A DNA stretch of 64,000 nt from Schmidtea nova (taxonomy: Eukaryota): contig CM097882.1 in NCBI GenBank assembly GCA_044892505.1, positions 460,660,001-460,724,000 on the forward strand, written 5' to 3'. The position numbers were made by a program, and so were the translations under genes. Positions 1 to 13,613 of the stretch are shown here, piece by piece (position 1 is the stretch's first letter; the number at the start of each line of letters is the position of its first letter). The notes under the pieces were generated by a model. That model had not been told where the DNA came from, made no database searches, and saw only the letters and a program-made list of their open reading frames with translations.

Positions 1-693
1 AACCAAAACCCAAATTTTTCCACCTTTAATAAAAAAAAACTCTAAAAATATAAAAAATTTTCAATAATTCCAATATTAATTTAAAATTTAAGAATTCTAA
101 ATTAATCACAAATTTAATTTGTGCTTTCTCATTGATTATGTTCATATAAGATTTATATAGATTTCGATAAGTCCGTTTAACAGCTTCCAGACTCGCCCCA
201 CAATCTCTCACAGCGATCAAGCACCCAATAAATTATTTTAATTATTATTTAATTAATTTTAAAAATATTTTAAGAGAGGGCGCGACCAATTATTATGTCA
301 AAAAAGTAGTTGAAACCCCAAATGTATTAAAATAAAGTGTCTCCATTTCTACCTCAATATATAACGGTTATATCGAGAAATGCCTGAGATGTATGAAAAT
401 ACACATGATAACATTATTACGTATTTCAACAATATCTTCAAAGCATTGTCGAACTAGTAAAAAAGAATTGAAGTGCTAAGCACTGTTGAGGAATTTGAAA
501 AATCGTTTAAGAGTTATATATTTTGCAGTATATTAATTACATAAATTGTATAAAAATAAACTATAATTCAATTAACGTTCATGGAAATCATTTCCTAAAC
601 ATTACACATTTATTAAACCACGATAAAGTAACTTATTAGTTTTAGATTTAAATAATATTTTTAGAACTTAAATGATAACGATTTTTAACTAAC

Positions 694-844
694 CTAGACA
701 CTGCTAAACTTCCATTAATACGGTCACCTATTACTAAACCACCAGCTTGTTCAATGCGGTTCTTTTCTTCGACGTTTTTAGGTTTGTGGTCTACAGTAGA
801 AAAATAGACACTTTTATCTCGGATAAGTATACCTCTGGAATCAC
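694..844 (-). CDS. PP2C-family phosphatase (PPM1A/B-like), coding exon 3 (not in ORF track)
   Basis: Read manually on the minus strand: AG acceptor at 845-846, then (G)[49 protein letters not shown](R), with a GT donor at 692-693. Phase matches exon 2. Remaining exons were not found and presumably lie left of the window. Confidence 0.9.
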
Positions 845-1423
845 CTATCGAAAATATTTATTTTAATGTATTTGATTATTTAGTTCAAAAATGTAGTTAA
901 AAATTGTTGAATATTAAGATATTTAAATAACATAATTAATTAATTAAAAAATTAACGTACACGTGTTAAAATCCTTGAGGAATTACAAAATAATATAAGA
1001 TCAGGCGTCGTTATAAATGCAGATTCTGTAATTAATTTTCTGTAGACCTTTTGACAATATTTCAATAAAAATACTCTTAATGGATATAAAACTCTCACTG
1101 TGCTTTAAAAGTCAAAATGGCATTATTTTTTTATATATCGATGTAACGCTGTCTTTTTTTGTATGTACAAATCTGTGGCAGAATAAGTGTTAATAATATT
1201 AAGAATAATATTAAGTATAGATAGTTTTATATTATGGTAATAAGCTTGACTTTTTCGTTTTCACAATCTTCATCAAGTAATTGATCAGCATCAGCCAAAT
1301 CATCCTTTTCTTCAATAAATGGGCGTGTCAGAAGTCTAACCACTTAACTCCGTTTTTTAAAAAACTTAATTTCGATATTATTATTTATCATCTTTTCTAA
1401 ACTCCTGAAAATTTATTTATTTT

Positions 1424-1872
1424 TCCATGCTTTATATAAGGTTGCTTTCTATATATATGTGTGTGCCACAAAATTACAAATCAATTTTTTAGTGCTTTTC
1501 TCTCAACCGATTCACTTCAAATTTTGCACACTTGCTCACTTCCGGTGACAATACATGGAAATTGATAAATTTGACCAAAAAAAGTTAATTAAGTTAATTA
1601 AATTTTGCGTGTAAATGTAATATAAATTATTGTTCGAATCATCTCAAGTGAAATTTTTTTTTAATTTTTTTAATGCTTTTTTTTGCTTTTTTATTTAATT
1701 AATTTAACTTTTAATATAAAAATAAATGTTTTGAAAAAAAATTTGAAAACAAATTTTTTTTTAAAAATTTTTTTTGAGGACACACGAAAAATGTAATATA
1801 ATTTTCCCTTCTACAAAATATAACAAAAAAAATTTCTCAGCCAAGTGGAGTTCTGCTCGCATAAAGCATGGA
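1424..1872. mobile_element. MITE-like element with 12-bp terminal inverted repeats
   Basis: TCCATGCTTTAT at 1424-1435 and its exact reverse complement at 1861-1872. No coding capacity; superfamily not assignable. Confidence 0.45.
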
Positions 1873-3436
1873 TTTGAAAAAAGAATTTTTTTTTGATTTA
1901 CTAGTTATTATTAAAATTTTATTTACGCGAAAAATGTTAAAATATATGGCTTTCGAAATTTTTAGTAGGTCATTTCAGAAGCAATTCCGATTAACTCCAC
2001 TAGGCGATTTCCATAATTTGTTTAAATTAATCAGTATTTTTTCAAATAACGGTTTATATAACAATAATTATTTTTAAAATTGAATGTGTTGTGCAAATCT
2101 AAATCATTTTTAAAAGGTCACAATTTCGTGTTAGAAAACTAAAAGTATAACCTTATCTGTTTTGTTAAAAAAGTGTGGATATCTTTAAAAACTGATAGTG
2201 ATTCTGCAATCGTTAGTAGTACAAAATATATTTTCGTATATATTTGAATACATCGCCAGACTCGGATAAAGAAAATTATATTTAGTACTAAATTTGAAAC
2301 TATATAATTTATGTATATAAAGTCACATTTATTCTTCTAAATGATGAATCGAACTTTTTTCAACATTTTTAATTTGATTATATAGAAAACTTTAGCAGAT
2401 GATCAAATTTCATTAACAAGATAAAGTTTAATCTTCTTACCTTTATGATAACCTTAGTACAATTAAAGATAAAACTGACAATATTTTTCATCGAGAGCTC
2501 ATATATGTCCCAGCAGAAGTTTAAAAACGGTTAAATTTAAAAGTTTCCATATAATACGATGTCCTAAATCGTCTTCTGAAATCATATCTAACGGTATTTA
2601 GCTTTATGGGCGTCTCTTTAAAATTATTCATGTTTAGTCTTGCAGTTATAATTTGTGAAAAACTTTTGTTTCACCAAAATAAATATAATATTTTTTAAAT
2701 AGAGGTGTTTTATAATACAATTAGTGAAAAACGTAATTATTGGGAGTATTTTATATAAGGTAAGTACAATATTTATTTATATTTTATAAATATTAAAAAG
2801 GTTTATTTGCTGCGGGACATATTTGTCCCACGCGTCCTTTTTGGTGACACATATTTGTCCCAATAGTCTGTAGTGTTTTTAATTTTTAATTTTGTTTTTT
2901 ATATATAGTAATAAAAACTAATGCAAAAGAAATATAAGAACATTTGTTGAACTTATTTGATAGCTCAGCCAGTAATGATCCTTAACATAATACATTTTTA
3001 AAAAATCGTTTAAAACCTAAAGCGAAAGCCGCTGCGAAAGGGTTAAATACAATTCACATATAACAAATCTAACAAATTTGAAACATATGCAGAAATTGTT
3101 GAAAAATATTTTATTATCAATAAATTTCTTTGAAATATGAAAATAAGTTTTTAATTGCGTTGATCCTGAAACATCATATATATTCATAACCCAAGGTTAA
3201 TTGTTAATATATAAATCTAATACGACAAGAATAGATGATTAAAAATTAATTATGAAATTTTGTGTAAGTAAAATACCAAAATACTTTTATTAATATCAGC
3301 ATCAATTTGTTTTCCAGAATCCTAATGTTTCCACTCTTAAATTTAAGAGTTTTTAAGATCAATATTGGATGATTATTTTAACACAATATTTCTGACTTCA
3401 TATATAAATATAAATAAGTGAGTGAAAAATTTCATT

Positions 3437-3860
3437 CTAAAAGTTTGGACACACTAACTTGGACAGGGGGAACTGACGATGAGCCACCACAAGTCGTTTC
3501 AGCTGCCGTTGTGTACGGATGCTCAGAAGTTTAGGGAGACATGAACGTTGCTTGTTGACATGTGTTTGCTCCTGGCGGTACTTCCTCAGGAAGTAGTTAA
3601 TAGTTCCTTTGGGATAGCCAGTCAATGCAGCAGTTTCACTCTGACTTTTTCCACAAAGGTAACTCCCGTAAATAATGCCTTTCTGAAAGTCTGTAAGCTC
3701 TCTCCGAGTAGATATATTCTAAGAAAATGGCAATCCTTCATTAACATGAATCCCTGTTGTGTCTGGTGTGAGTAATCATATTCTGTGTGTGAGTGAGTGT
3801 GTACATGTGTGCATGCAGCATGCAGCATGTTGAAGGTGTTAGTGACCTTTTTTCTCATTG
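3437..3860 (-). pseudogene. Tc1/mariner transposase N-terminal (HTH) remnant
   Basis: PKGTINYFLRKYRQEQTHVNKQRSCLPKLLSIRTQRQLKRLV resembles the Tc1 paired-like HTH region (P.STV..I.KKY......N.PRSGRP..LS.R..R.L.R). Disrupted. Confidence 0.6.
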
Positions 3861-4826
3861 CTGTTCATATTTGCACTGCAGACGCTCATATAAACTGCAA
3901 TATGTAAATAACTGCCTGACTGGAGACTTTTGGTAGGCCAGGGTATGTAATGCTACGGTCTGTCGGTTCGTCTCTACCCACATCATATAAATTCACAAAA
4001 TGCGACTCTCATTTAAAGAACCTTATATGCAGCTAGTTTAGACAATTTTTATATTTGGTTATAAATGGTTATAATTAGTGTTTTTTGTAAAACGCTATTT
4101 TTAATTTTATAGAAGAAATTTGTAAAATTATATAGAAACTGAATTTAATTTATTGAATAATCAAAACTTATTATAAATTTAAATAAATTAAAATTATATT
4201 GAGTAATCATAGTAATTCATTACGAAATTAGAAAATCTCTAAAAAATTAAGTAAAAAATAAAAATTTGATTTTTTCAATTTAATAAAAATTTGATTTTTC
4301 AATTTACATATTTAATTTACGTTTCTTGGATCTACGCTCCAGTATAGAAAAGTAGTGATCGTAATTAATTTATTATTTAATTTTTATAGTTTAATATTGC
4401 TGATAATTTATAATTAGCTAATTTAAGTAATTTATCGTTCCAATTTTTTGAAAATATTATTATTTATTCCAATTATTTTATAAAGGCAAATGGCCTATCC
4501 TTAACAAGGGTTATTTAAAATGTTAATTGGCGGTTGTAATTTGTAGCTAATGAACTCTATAACACACAAAGTTCTGATAAACTGCTTAACCGTCCTATGG
4601 TACTTAATGAATTCTTAATTATGTAAGCTGTTTTGAAATAGAAATAACTATTTCTTTGTTTAAAATTTGCCTTGTTTAGAGTAAATCAGTCAACCGTTCA
4701 AATGTCTCAATCCTTTGCTTCTGTGGACACTTTAAGAATACTGTGAACAAAATTTTAATCTTATTCCTTTTTGGGAAAAACTCTAATAATGATGAAGTAA
4801 ATTCGTTCCATAATTTAATCAAATTA

Positions 4827-5534
4827 CAGTCAAACACGCTTATAACGAACTGATAACAACTTTGATTTTGTTTGAGTTAGTTTATAGATACCTTTTTTTC
4901 GGTTAAAGCGAACAGAAAATCGGTTATAATTCTTTAATTTTTATTATTTAATATTGATTAATTAATTGATTAATTCGCCATTTATATCGTTGTTCGAATA
5001 ATACAAATTATTACATAAAAATAATTATTTAACACGTTAATCGCCACGATAATATCAGACACATATAAGCGTCAGACACATATGACTGACATGGTGATTA
5101 ACGTGTTAAATTTTTATTGAAATTAAATTTTTCTGTTATTCTCGAATAAACCCTTATTGAAATGGAAACAAACAAAAGGAGGATCATCTCAATTCGTGAA
5201 AAGGTTAAAATTATCCGTGAATTGGAAAGAGGGAAAACAAATTCACAGGTTTGTAAGAAATATAATCTTCCAAAGTCAACAGTTTCAACTTTTTGGAAGA
5301 ACAAAAAACTGATTCTATCATCATTAGATAGCAATGCTCCAAAACAACACACCCGAATCTGTTTTTATGACAATCACCGTCATCAGAAGAAATATAAGAG
5401 ACTTTAAGTTGAAGTCTATGAAGCAAAAATCCATTTTAAGTTATTTAAATAAATGAATGATTAAAGATGCGTCGTATTTTTTATTTTTTGAATTTAATTT
5501 TGAATTGCTATAACGAACAAAATATACTTGACTG
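4827..5534 (+). mobile_element. Internally deleted pogo/Tigger-like DNA transposon with a CENP-B/psq-type HTH fragment (5162-5407)
   Basis: TA|CAGTCAA...TTGACTG|TA termini. The fragment METNKRRIISIREKVKIIRELERGKTNSQVCKKYNLPKSTVSTFWKNK matches the Tigger/Jerky N-terminus. Confidence 0.75.
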
Positions 5535-5796
5535 TATTTTTATCGTAGAAATTCCATTTAATATTCATTCCTTTGTTTGTTTTCTCATAGTGGCAACAAT
5601 AAATCGTGTACAAAATCCAATATTGTTTGAGTTAGAGCACAGATACATTATATGATATTAAATTTTGTTGTTGTACAGACAGAACTAATTATAGACAAAT
5701 TTCCTTTAATTACATATATTAAATTTAATTCTATTAAAATTCTATCAAATTCTTTCATAATTTTATTTATAATCGTTTACAAATCAAACAGATATA

Positions 5797-6591
5797 CAGT
5801 GGAACCTCGGTATACGTCTGCTTTGGAATAAGTCAAACTTGGTATACGTCCTGTTTGGACGCGAAACATTTTGCTTGGTATACGAACTTCATTTGGAATA
5901 CGACTTGCGTACGTGTAAGAACTTGTTAGTTAAAATGAGCCACACCACCGCGCGATACTCTTGTTTACTTTTCATGTGTGTCAGTATTGTAGTTAATATC
6001 CTACAGTGAACGACTCGCGCAATAACTGTGAATTTTTACATGATTTTGTAATTTTTCTCGTAAATTTTTATTAATTAATAAAAATTTATTTTAAGTAATA
6101 ATAGGAGCCGAACAAAGAAGAAAATGGTTAGGATCACCACATAGGTGAAAAAAGAGATGGTTCATTTATTTCACCTAAGTTCTTTTTTATTTATGTAGGC
6201 TGTGACAACCCTGTGGCTGTGAGTCTGACATCCTACTGTACAAGGCTATGCTTGTCGCCAGAGCGCGTATGACAGTGAAACGATAAAGACGTCATGTTAT
6301 CTTTATTTCGTTATATGTATTCAATTATGTATTATGTATTATAAATTTAGTTAAACTTTTTGTTTAAATTTATTATTGTTTTAATCTAAATTAAAACTAA
6401 GCAGTGTTTAAATTATTTTATACAACCACGTTAATGTATAATATGCCAATAAAAATATGATTTTTTTTCGTAGGAACAGATTAATCATTTTCCCTTTATT
6501 TCTTATGGAAAAAATACGTTTGGTATACGTCCTATTTGATATAATTCTAATGATTTGGAACGGATTAAGGACGTATACCGAGGTTCCACTA
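5797..6591. mobile_element. pogo/Tigger-type MITE
   Basis: 22-bp TIR CAGTGGAACCTCGGTATACGTC (one terminal mismatch on the right), flanked by TA; non-coding interior. Confidence 0.8.
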
Positions 6592-7404
6592 TATACAGTA
6601 TTTATGTAGTTAAAAAGTTGTGAATTCGACAATAAAATTTTATTATTTTAATAAAATAATTTGTTTTAAACTATATTTTAACAATTTTCAAGTTATATTT
6701 TGAGGAAAATCAATACAGATTCGAAAAACTTAGAAATTGCACGTTCTTTTATTGTGTTGTATATGTTCCAGACGAATAATGATTTTGTGTATGCTAAATG
6801 TAGTCTAGTCTAGCGTTGTAGATGCCATGGTACTCCAACATATTAAATGCTACTGGAAAGTTATAAATAAATAATTGTTACTATTGTATTTTTTAAAAAA
6901 TTATCTAATGCTTTTTAAACAAGCAACTATTGTAAATATTTTGTTGAATACGGCTCTAATGATTTTGATGAAATTTTGTATATTTATAGGCATTTTTAGA
7001 TGCGAAAAAGTGATTTAGCAAGGTCTGTGGCAAATAAAGCAAAATGCCGACTTAACTGAAGTAGACTGTATATTATACATCAACAACAGAAATGCAATAT
7101 TATAAACAATTCTCGGTAATATATGAAAAATATATTTATTTACTTTACAAAATACTAGTTTTACTACTCAGGATTTTACAAAAGATTTTATTTCTAGTTT
7201 ATAATGATTTGAAGATACAAATACATTTTACTGAAAAACGCTGAAAAATATGTAATACTTAAAAAAAAAAAGTTAAAATAATTCAAGCTATGGAAATTAT
7301 TTATCAATCCTGTGACGATATTTTGCAACCACAACAATGTATAAATCACCGTCAAATCATTTCTAGTAATCATGATGACTATCTCACTGACTACCCATAC
7401 ATTG

Positions 7405-7900
7405 CTATATACCAATTGGAATAAATAATATGGTTTTTTCAAAATTACACATCTTGTGGAAATGACTTTGCAAGCTGAAAATAGTTATTTTTGAACCTAA
7501 AAATTCCCGATAAAAAACTGCAAAATTAATGACGTCAAATTCTGCTCCATTATGTGGTCTAGATTGTCTGAATAAACTGGATTGCAAATCTGCCCAAACG
7601 TGTTTAATTGAATTTAGGCCTAAAGAATTGCCTGGCAAATTCTTCTAAATTTTAGGAAACAAGTCCGCAATTTGAGAAATGATGACTTGAGATTTATGAT
7701 CAGGTGATCCCTTTTGTAAGAGTATTATTTCTCATGCTTTACAAACTGATTACGATGGGTTACCGCGAATAATCAACATTTATTGAGGTGTTTACAAAAA
7801 CAACAACAAGGCCAGTTTTCCCATATGCATGATGACCCCATTTTTTCAAAAGAATCTTTAAAATAAAATTTGCTTTTTTGTATTCTTCAAAGAAATTCAA
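7405..7900 (-). pseudogene. Degenerate IS630-Tc1-type transposase DDE-domain remnant
   Basis: PGNSLGLNSIKHVWADLQSSL resembles the Tc1 WP..SPDLNPIE.VW..LK motif. Heavily decayed. Confidence 0.45.
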
Positions 7901-9708
7901 GAACTCAAATCTTGTTTTCAATGTATTTTCTGGTCTTATCTTTGTTTAAGTGATATTTTTAAAGGTCTTGCACTTTTTTGGATATTTTATTTCTCAAACA
8001 TGTTGATTTACTTATTTTCTCAGTTTTTCTGTTAATTTTAAACAACTTTAAAATGTAAGAAATTGTTTTATATTATACTTCATAGAGCCTGAATCACGAG
8101 AGACTTATTTCCCGTTTAGCTCGACATGTACAATGGAACAACTTGTTTTATTGAATATATAATAGTCATTAATGTGCATTGAAAACACATCCAGAAATTG
8201 CATATATGTAAAAAAGACTTATAATTAAATACTATTTATGAATAAGTGATAAATAATTTTTAAATTTAAAAAATAGTCGTAAATTATGATAAACATTTAG
8301 AGATGGAATTTTTTATCTAAATTTAAAATTTTGCAAGTTAAAACCAAGATTTTCATCACTTTTATGTTATAAAACGTTAGCATTTTATATAATTTGAATC
8401 TACTAGCATACTTTATATTGTAATTATTAGCATTTTTCATTTTAGAGTACAATTTTTGCGAGTGCGAAATTTATATATATTATATCTCTGGAGGCCGCTT
8501 GCAACATTTCGAAATGGGGTCCCTCGAGTGAAAGTTATGCAAAGTCAGTTCTTGCTCATACTTTTCATAAAAAATAAAATGGTGTCAAAGGTGATATAGA
8601 TATATTCAGTAAATTAAAATTTCTTGAAATTCATTGTTGATTTATTTAAAATGTCTTTGATTTCTACCACTTGTTTTTTTAGATTAGATAGAATTTCGAA
8701 TTCTTGTCACCTGGTATACCAATTGTATTCACTGCTACCATTAATCTGAAAATTTTGTGGTCTCCTTTTATTCAATAATTGACTTACATTTAACATCGCT
8801 GCTTTTGCATAATTTTTCAGTACATGTTGAATAGCAGAGATATTTTTATTTTTATTTTCTATTTCTTTTTTATTTTGTCTAATTTAATTATTCGATCCTT
8901 CATTTTCAATAGCATTTTGGATTAAAATATCTTCAGATTATCTTTTGTTAAGTTTTGTCGCACGATGATTTTGCTAATTTTTTAATTTTCTATAGAAAAC
9001 CTGTAATCAAATCACTTTCCCTTTGATATGATAAAGCAGCATTAGGATCTGTTGCTAAATTTGATAGTTTTGTAAGAGCATCTTGAATTCTCTTTTTGTA
9101 ATTTATCTTCACATCTATTAGATCGAATTTTCCAGTTGCTTCCATTAACAGAAACACTTTAATAAATATTCCTCGGTGGTCTTCTAAAGTTTAAGTGAGT
9201 CTTAAAAATGTGTCGGTTTCTTCGATAATTTTTTCTACATCATCGCCAATTTCAAATATTTCAGGTGTTCAAATAAATTGAAGCATAGCCATTGAAGCAT
9301 TTTATTTTTTTCATATTAATAATTTAAATAACACGTTGATTATAAAAATTTATATAATTAAAATTCTCCATAGATGTTATGAAGAAATAAAATTGTTTTA
9401 ATAATACTTTTTACGTGTTGCCTAATCACCCTAAACCTTATTTAATTAATAACTCGGTAAAGGAATGATGAATAGACCCGAAAAATTGTGTTGACTTAGA
9501 AATTCCAGCATAAAAATTTTATGATTTCAAAGTTAAGTGATTGTTAATCTCCCTGTTCCAGACAATCAAACAAACAGTAATTTTCTGTTTTAAAGTTAAA
9601 ATATATTTAGATCATATTTAAAATTAAAATATGGTAATAGTAAACTAAGAAATTTAAATATGATGAAAATATCTGTAGTCACCCTAGCAAAATAAATTAA
9701 ATATTTAC

Positions 9709-9925
9709 CACAATTCACGAACACGTAATATCTTGGAGTGATAAAAGCACATGTAGCTGTTGAACCAGACCGGTCAATACCTGAAAATACATCGGGCAAT
9801 GACCTAAGAAATTCATCAAATTGCAAGAATCCTTGTCGAATGCCATTTCTTAGAATATTTATATTCTTAGGATTACCGAGATCATCAAATTTCATTGTTT
9901 GGAATTCAGAAGTTTGAAGAATAAT
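9709..9925 (-). CDS. PP2C-family phosphatase (PPM1A/B-like), coding exon 2
   Basis: AG acceptor at 9926-9927, then IILQTSEFQTMKFDD...NGIRQGFLQFDE...DRSGSTATCAFIT...FVNCG. Phase-1 GT donor at 9707-9708. Continues in frame from exon 1. Confidence 0.88.
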
Positions 9926-10383
9926 CTATGTTAGTATAATTAGATATAAAATATTGAAATCTAGAATGTCTTCAATCAGTGATTAATAACATTTTATATA
10001 GATAAGGCCCATCTAAAAACCATTAAAGATTTTCGGCACTAAATCTTTCATTACTTATAATTTTTTTATAAAATATCTAGCTTTGATCACTTTAATATTA
10101 CAAATAAATTCATTTAAAATATAACATAAATTTATTTATTTATTAAATAAACATAAAAATTAATATTCATTGAGACATGAAAAAAAATTTAAAATAAAGA
10201 ATTTCATTATTTATTTTTCAAATCCTATAATATATTTTGATTTAACATTTTGATTTAACATCCTATAATATATTTTGATTAAAATTTTTAGGTGCAATTA
10301 GCGATGAATTATAAAATATTTTTAATGTAATTTTTTTCACATAATTACTAGTAATATTAAAAAAAAATATTATTATTATTATT

Positions 10384-10386
<3 letters not shown>

Positions 10387-10437
<51 letters not shown>
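10387..10437. repeat. (AAT)n microsatellite flanking the Penelope-like insertion
   Basis: Directly visible AAT tandem run. Confidence 0.95.
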
Positions 10438-10438
<1 letters not shown>

Positions 10439-13283
10439 TCATAATTATCTTTTTTCACCTTTGATCTTTTTTATTATTATTATCAATAATTCTCATAATG
10501 ACTATAGATCAAAATTTTTTTTTATAAACAATAACACAATATTTCGGCACAGCCTTTATCAAGTGTGTATTTCTATCGTTATATTTACTTAATCCTAAAT
10601 AGTAGCCTTAATTATTTTTTTAATATTTTATAATGATTTTATTGGATGAAAAAATTTATTTTATTTTAATTTTTTTGTGCGAATTGAATGTTGATGGACG
10701 GTGGGCCTGACTGTTACCAACAAACTGGAATCAACCTATCCATCTTTACAAGCATTGAAGCTTAAAGAAAAACAGGAAAAAGAATGGCTTAAGCTTAGCA
10801 TTTCAGCTTGTTACAAAAAGCTAAACGAATTTACTAGTTTTCCTTGTGCTCCTCTTACTTGTGAAGATAATACTTGTTGCCAGAATTTCTCCAAAAATCT
10901 CGACATTCGCAAGCATAAAAAATTAGAAAAGCTACTTTCAACAAATTCAAACAACACTAAAGACACTAACTCACACTCAAATTCAATTCTTCCATTTACA
11001 AACAAATCTAATCACATTTTTTCAAAAACACAAGAAAACATCCTCGCTCTAGGACCATCTTTTGTTCCTCCACCTAACCAGAAAGATTTAGAAAAAGCCG
11101 AAATCATCACTAACGCCTCTCTTATAAGCCTAAGAAGACAAATAGGATACCATCTAAAACCAATTTCATCCACCAAATCTTCAAGTTTAGCTGAAAAGCA
11201 CAATCATCTTCTGGATCCAAATCGTAGAACATATCCAAATATGCCTGTCTTTTCGACTGAACTTGAAGAAAAACTCAGCTGTTTAGAAACTAAAGTCAAA
11301 ACTTTAGTCAGAGAACAAATTATCTTTCTTGAAAAACATTGCTCAACACAAAATTCTTTCACTTCAAACATAAAGAAAATTAAGAATTCCAAAGACTTCA
11401 CAATTCTTCCATCAGATAAAACAAATCGACTAATTGCTCTTGACACAGAACAATACAATACTCTATTTGAAGAACATCTCTCGAACTATGAACCGATAAA
11501 CAAAATAATCTTACCTGCATCGACTCAGATTTTATACAATAAGAAACTTTCAACACTTGCAAATAAACAAATTAACCTTCAAATCAAAGATTTACTTTTA
11601 AAATGCAACTGCAGTGAGCCTTTACCTAGTAATATGACTATGTTACCTAAAGATCACAAAAGTCCTTTAAAAGGTAGACCTCTTGTATCTGCAGTTGACA
11701 CTCCTTCCACAACACTTTCTAAAGTTCTTTCAGAAATTCTAAAAACACTTTTGCCTTTGGTTCCTTCTCATCTTAAAAACACAACTGAATTCGTCTCCGA
11801 AATTACAAATACGTCTCTTCCGTTAAACTCAGGACAACAGTACTTCTGGGGATCTCTTGACGTTTCCAATCTTTACGGATCTATTCCTCTTCACGGAGAG
11901 AATAACATTTTCGATATCGCAGCTTCTTTCTTTGAAACTCATAAAGCCAATACTGACCTCGCAGACTTAACTAAACAAGACTTTATAGAACTTCTAAAAT
12001 TAGCAATAAATTCAGATACTGTCATAATTAAAGAAAAACCATTCAAACAAATTCATGGATTAGCCATGGGTAATAACCTTTCTCCCATCTTAGCCATCTT
12101 CTACATGAACTTTATAGAATCTAAGATCATATCTTTTTTTGGGGACAAAATACTTTTCTGGAAACGATACATCGACGACATCTTCATAGTCTCCACAATC
12201 CCTCTCAATCAAATCCTATCACACGCAAATTCTACTAACACCAACATACAATTTACTTTTGAAACACCGAACACAGAAGGTAAAATACCGTTTTTAGATA
12301 CCATGGTAAGTTTCACAAAAGGCCAAGATACACTAAATGCAAACACCGAGCTATATTCTAAAGGTTTACATAGCGGTCATATCCTCCCATGGAAAAGCCA
12401 CGTTCCACTTCAACGCAAAATCGCATTACTAATAGGAGAAAGAAAAAGAGCCATAAGAAACTGTTCAGACGCAAACAAAATACAAGAAACATTAGAAAAC
12501 TTCAAAATACGATTCCTCCAAAATGGATACCCTGAAGACTTTGTAAAGAAACACTTCCTTAACGAACCATACCACAATAAACGCAACAATAGAAAACGCC
12601 AGAAACACAATAACAATAACAAACACACAACATATCTAAGATTACCTTTCCTAAATGACACTACAGCCAACAAAATCACCAACATTTTTAATCAAACAGA
12701 TTTGCCTATCCACATCCGTCCAACGTTCATAACCTCCGCACCGTTAAAATCACAACTCCGAAAGCCACCAATTTCCAACATCTCCAAACATAAATGTCTT
12801 TGTCGTTCCACAACCCGATGCTTTTGCTTTTCCAAAAATATAGTATATAAACTTTCTTGTCAAAAATGTGACGCTACTTACATAGGAGAAACACATAGAA
12901 CTTTTCGCACCCGACTTAATGAACATACTAAAATCAAAACCAGTAATTATTACGAACACTGGGAAAAAGTACATAAAACAACTCCATCTATAGAAGAAAC
13001 AAAATGCCAGATCCTACAAGAGGGATTCAAAAATTCATTACAAAGATTAGCTTCCGAGACTTTTTTCATAAAAAAATACAAACCGTCCATCAACATTCAA
13101 TTCGCACAAAAAAATTAAAATAAAATAAATTTTTTCATCCAATAAAATCATTATAAAATATTAAAAAAATAATTAAGGCTACTATTTAGGATTAAGTAAA
13201 TATAACGATAGAAATACACACTTGATAAAGGCTGTGCCGAAATATTGTGTTATTGTTTATAAAAAAAAATTTTGATCTATAGT
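10437..13283 (+). mobile_element. Penelope-like retroelement, 5-prime truncated, with an inverted copy of its 3-prime end (pLTR) at the 5-prime side; lies in PP2C intron 1, antisense to the gene
   Basis: 10501-10702 is the reverse complement of 13082-13283 (right end runs into the N-gap). RT plus GIY-YIG ORF lies between the arms. Confidence 0.88.
10701..13118 (+). CDS. Penelope-like reverse transcriptase plus GIY-YIG endonuclease (true start probably lost; ORF begins at the inversion junction)
   Basis: RT motifs GRPLVS, SLDVSNLYGSIP, GLAMGNNLSP, RYIDDIF, IPFLD. Endonuclease motif NIVYKLSCQKCDATYIGETHRTFRTRLNEH. Confidence 0.92.
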   Translation: MGLTVTNKLESTYPSLQALKLKEKQEKEWLKLSISACYKKLNEFTSFPCAPLTCEDNTCCQNFSKNLDIRKHKKLEKLLSTNSNNTKDTNSHSNSILPFTNKSNHIFSKTQENILALGPSFVPPPNQKDLEKAEIITNASLISLRRQIGYHLKPISSTKSSSLAEKHNHLLDPNRRTYPNMPVFSTELEEKLSCLETKVKTLVREQIIFLEKHCSTQNSFTSNIKKIKNSKDFTILPSDKTNRLIALDTEQYNTLFEEHLSNYEPINKIILPASTQILYNKKLSTLANKQINLQIKDLLLKCNCSEPLPSNMTMLPKDHKSPLKGRPLVSAVDTPSTTLSKVLSEILKTLLPLVPSHLKNTTEFVSEITNTSLPLNSGQQYFWGSLDVSNLYGSIPLHGENNIFDIAASFFETHKANTDLADLTKQDFIELLKLAINSDTVIIKEKPFKQIHGLAMGNNLSPILAIFYMNFIESKIISFFGDKILFWKRYIDDIFIVSTIPLNQILSHANSTNTNIQFTFETPNTEGKIPFLDTMVSFTKGQDTLNANTELYSKGLHSGHILPWKSHVPLQRKIALLIGERKRAIRNCSDANKIQETLENFKIRFLQNGYPEDFVKKHFLNEPYHNKRNNRKRQKHNNNNKHTTYLRLPFLNDTTANKITNIFNQTDLPIHIRPTFITSAPLKSQLRKPPISNISKHKCLCRSTTRCFCFSKNIVYKLSCQKCDATYIGETHRTFRTRLNEHTKIKTSNYYEHWEKVHKTTPSIEETKCQILQEGFKNSLQRLASETFFIKKYKPSINIQFAQKN

Positions 13284-13613
13284 NNNNNNNNNNNNNNNNN
13301 NNNNNNNNNNNNNNNNNNNNNNNNNNNNNNNNNNNNNNNNNNNNNNNNNNNNNNNNNNNNNNNNNNNNNNNNNNNNNNNNNNNNNNNNNNNNNNNNNNNN
13401 NNNNNNNNNNNNNNNNNNNNNNNNNNNNNNNNNNNNNNNNNNNNNNNNNNNNNNNNNNNNNNNNNNNNNNNNNNNGAAAGTTCTTTTTGCAAATTTAATC
13501 ATTATATTAACAAATAATATAACTAATAAAATCTTTTTGGTCAAATAAGATCGTAATTTATAATAATTAAAATTAATAACGTCCAAAACTTCATAAAAAG
13601 TCATGAGTATTAC

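Noticed and set aside
2420-3050. Possible piggyBac-type end (AAAGGG|TTAA near 3040-3048)
   Set aside because: A matching left terminus was not found.
8760-9300. Coding-like fragments on the minus strand within PP2C intron 2
   Set aside because: Interrupted by stops, not PP2C-like and not assignable; probably decayed repeat.
13257-13613. ORF-track extensions and X-rich ORFs across N-gaps (also near 49600 and 52330-52700)
   Set aside because: Open only because N codons are not stops. The PP2C exon ends at the donor at 13613.
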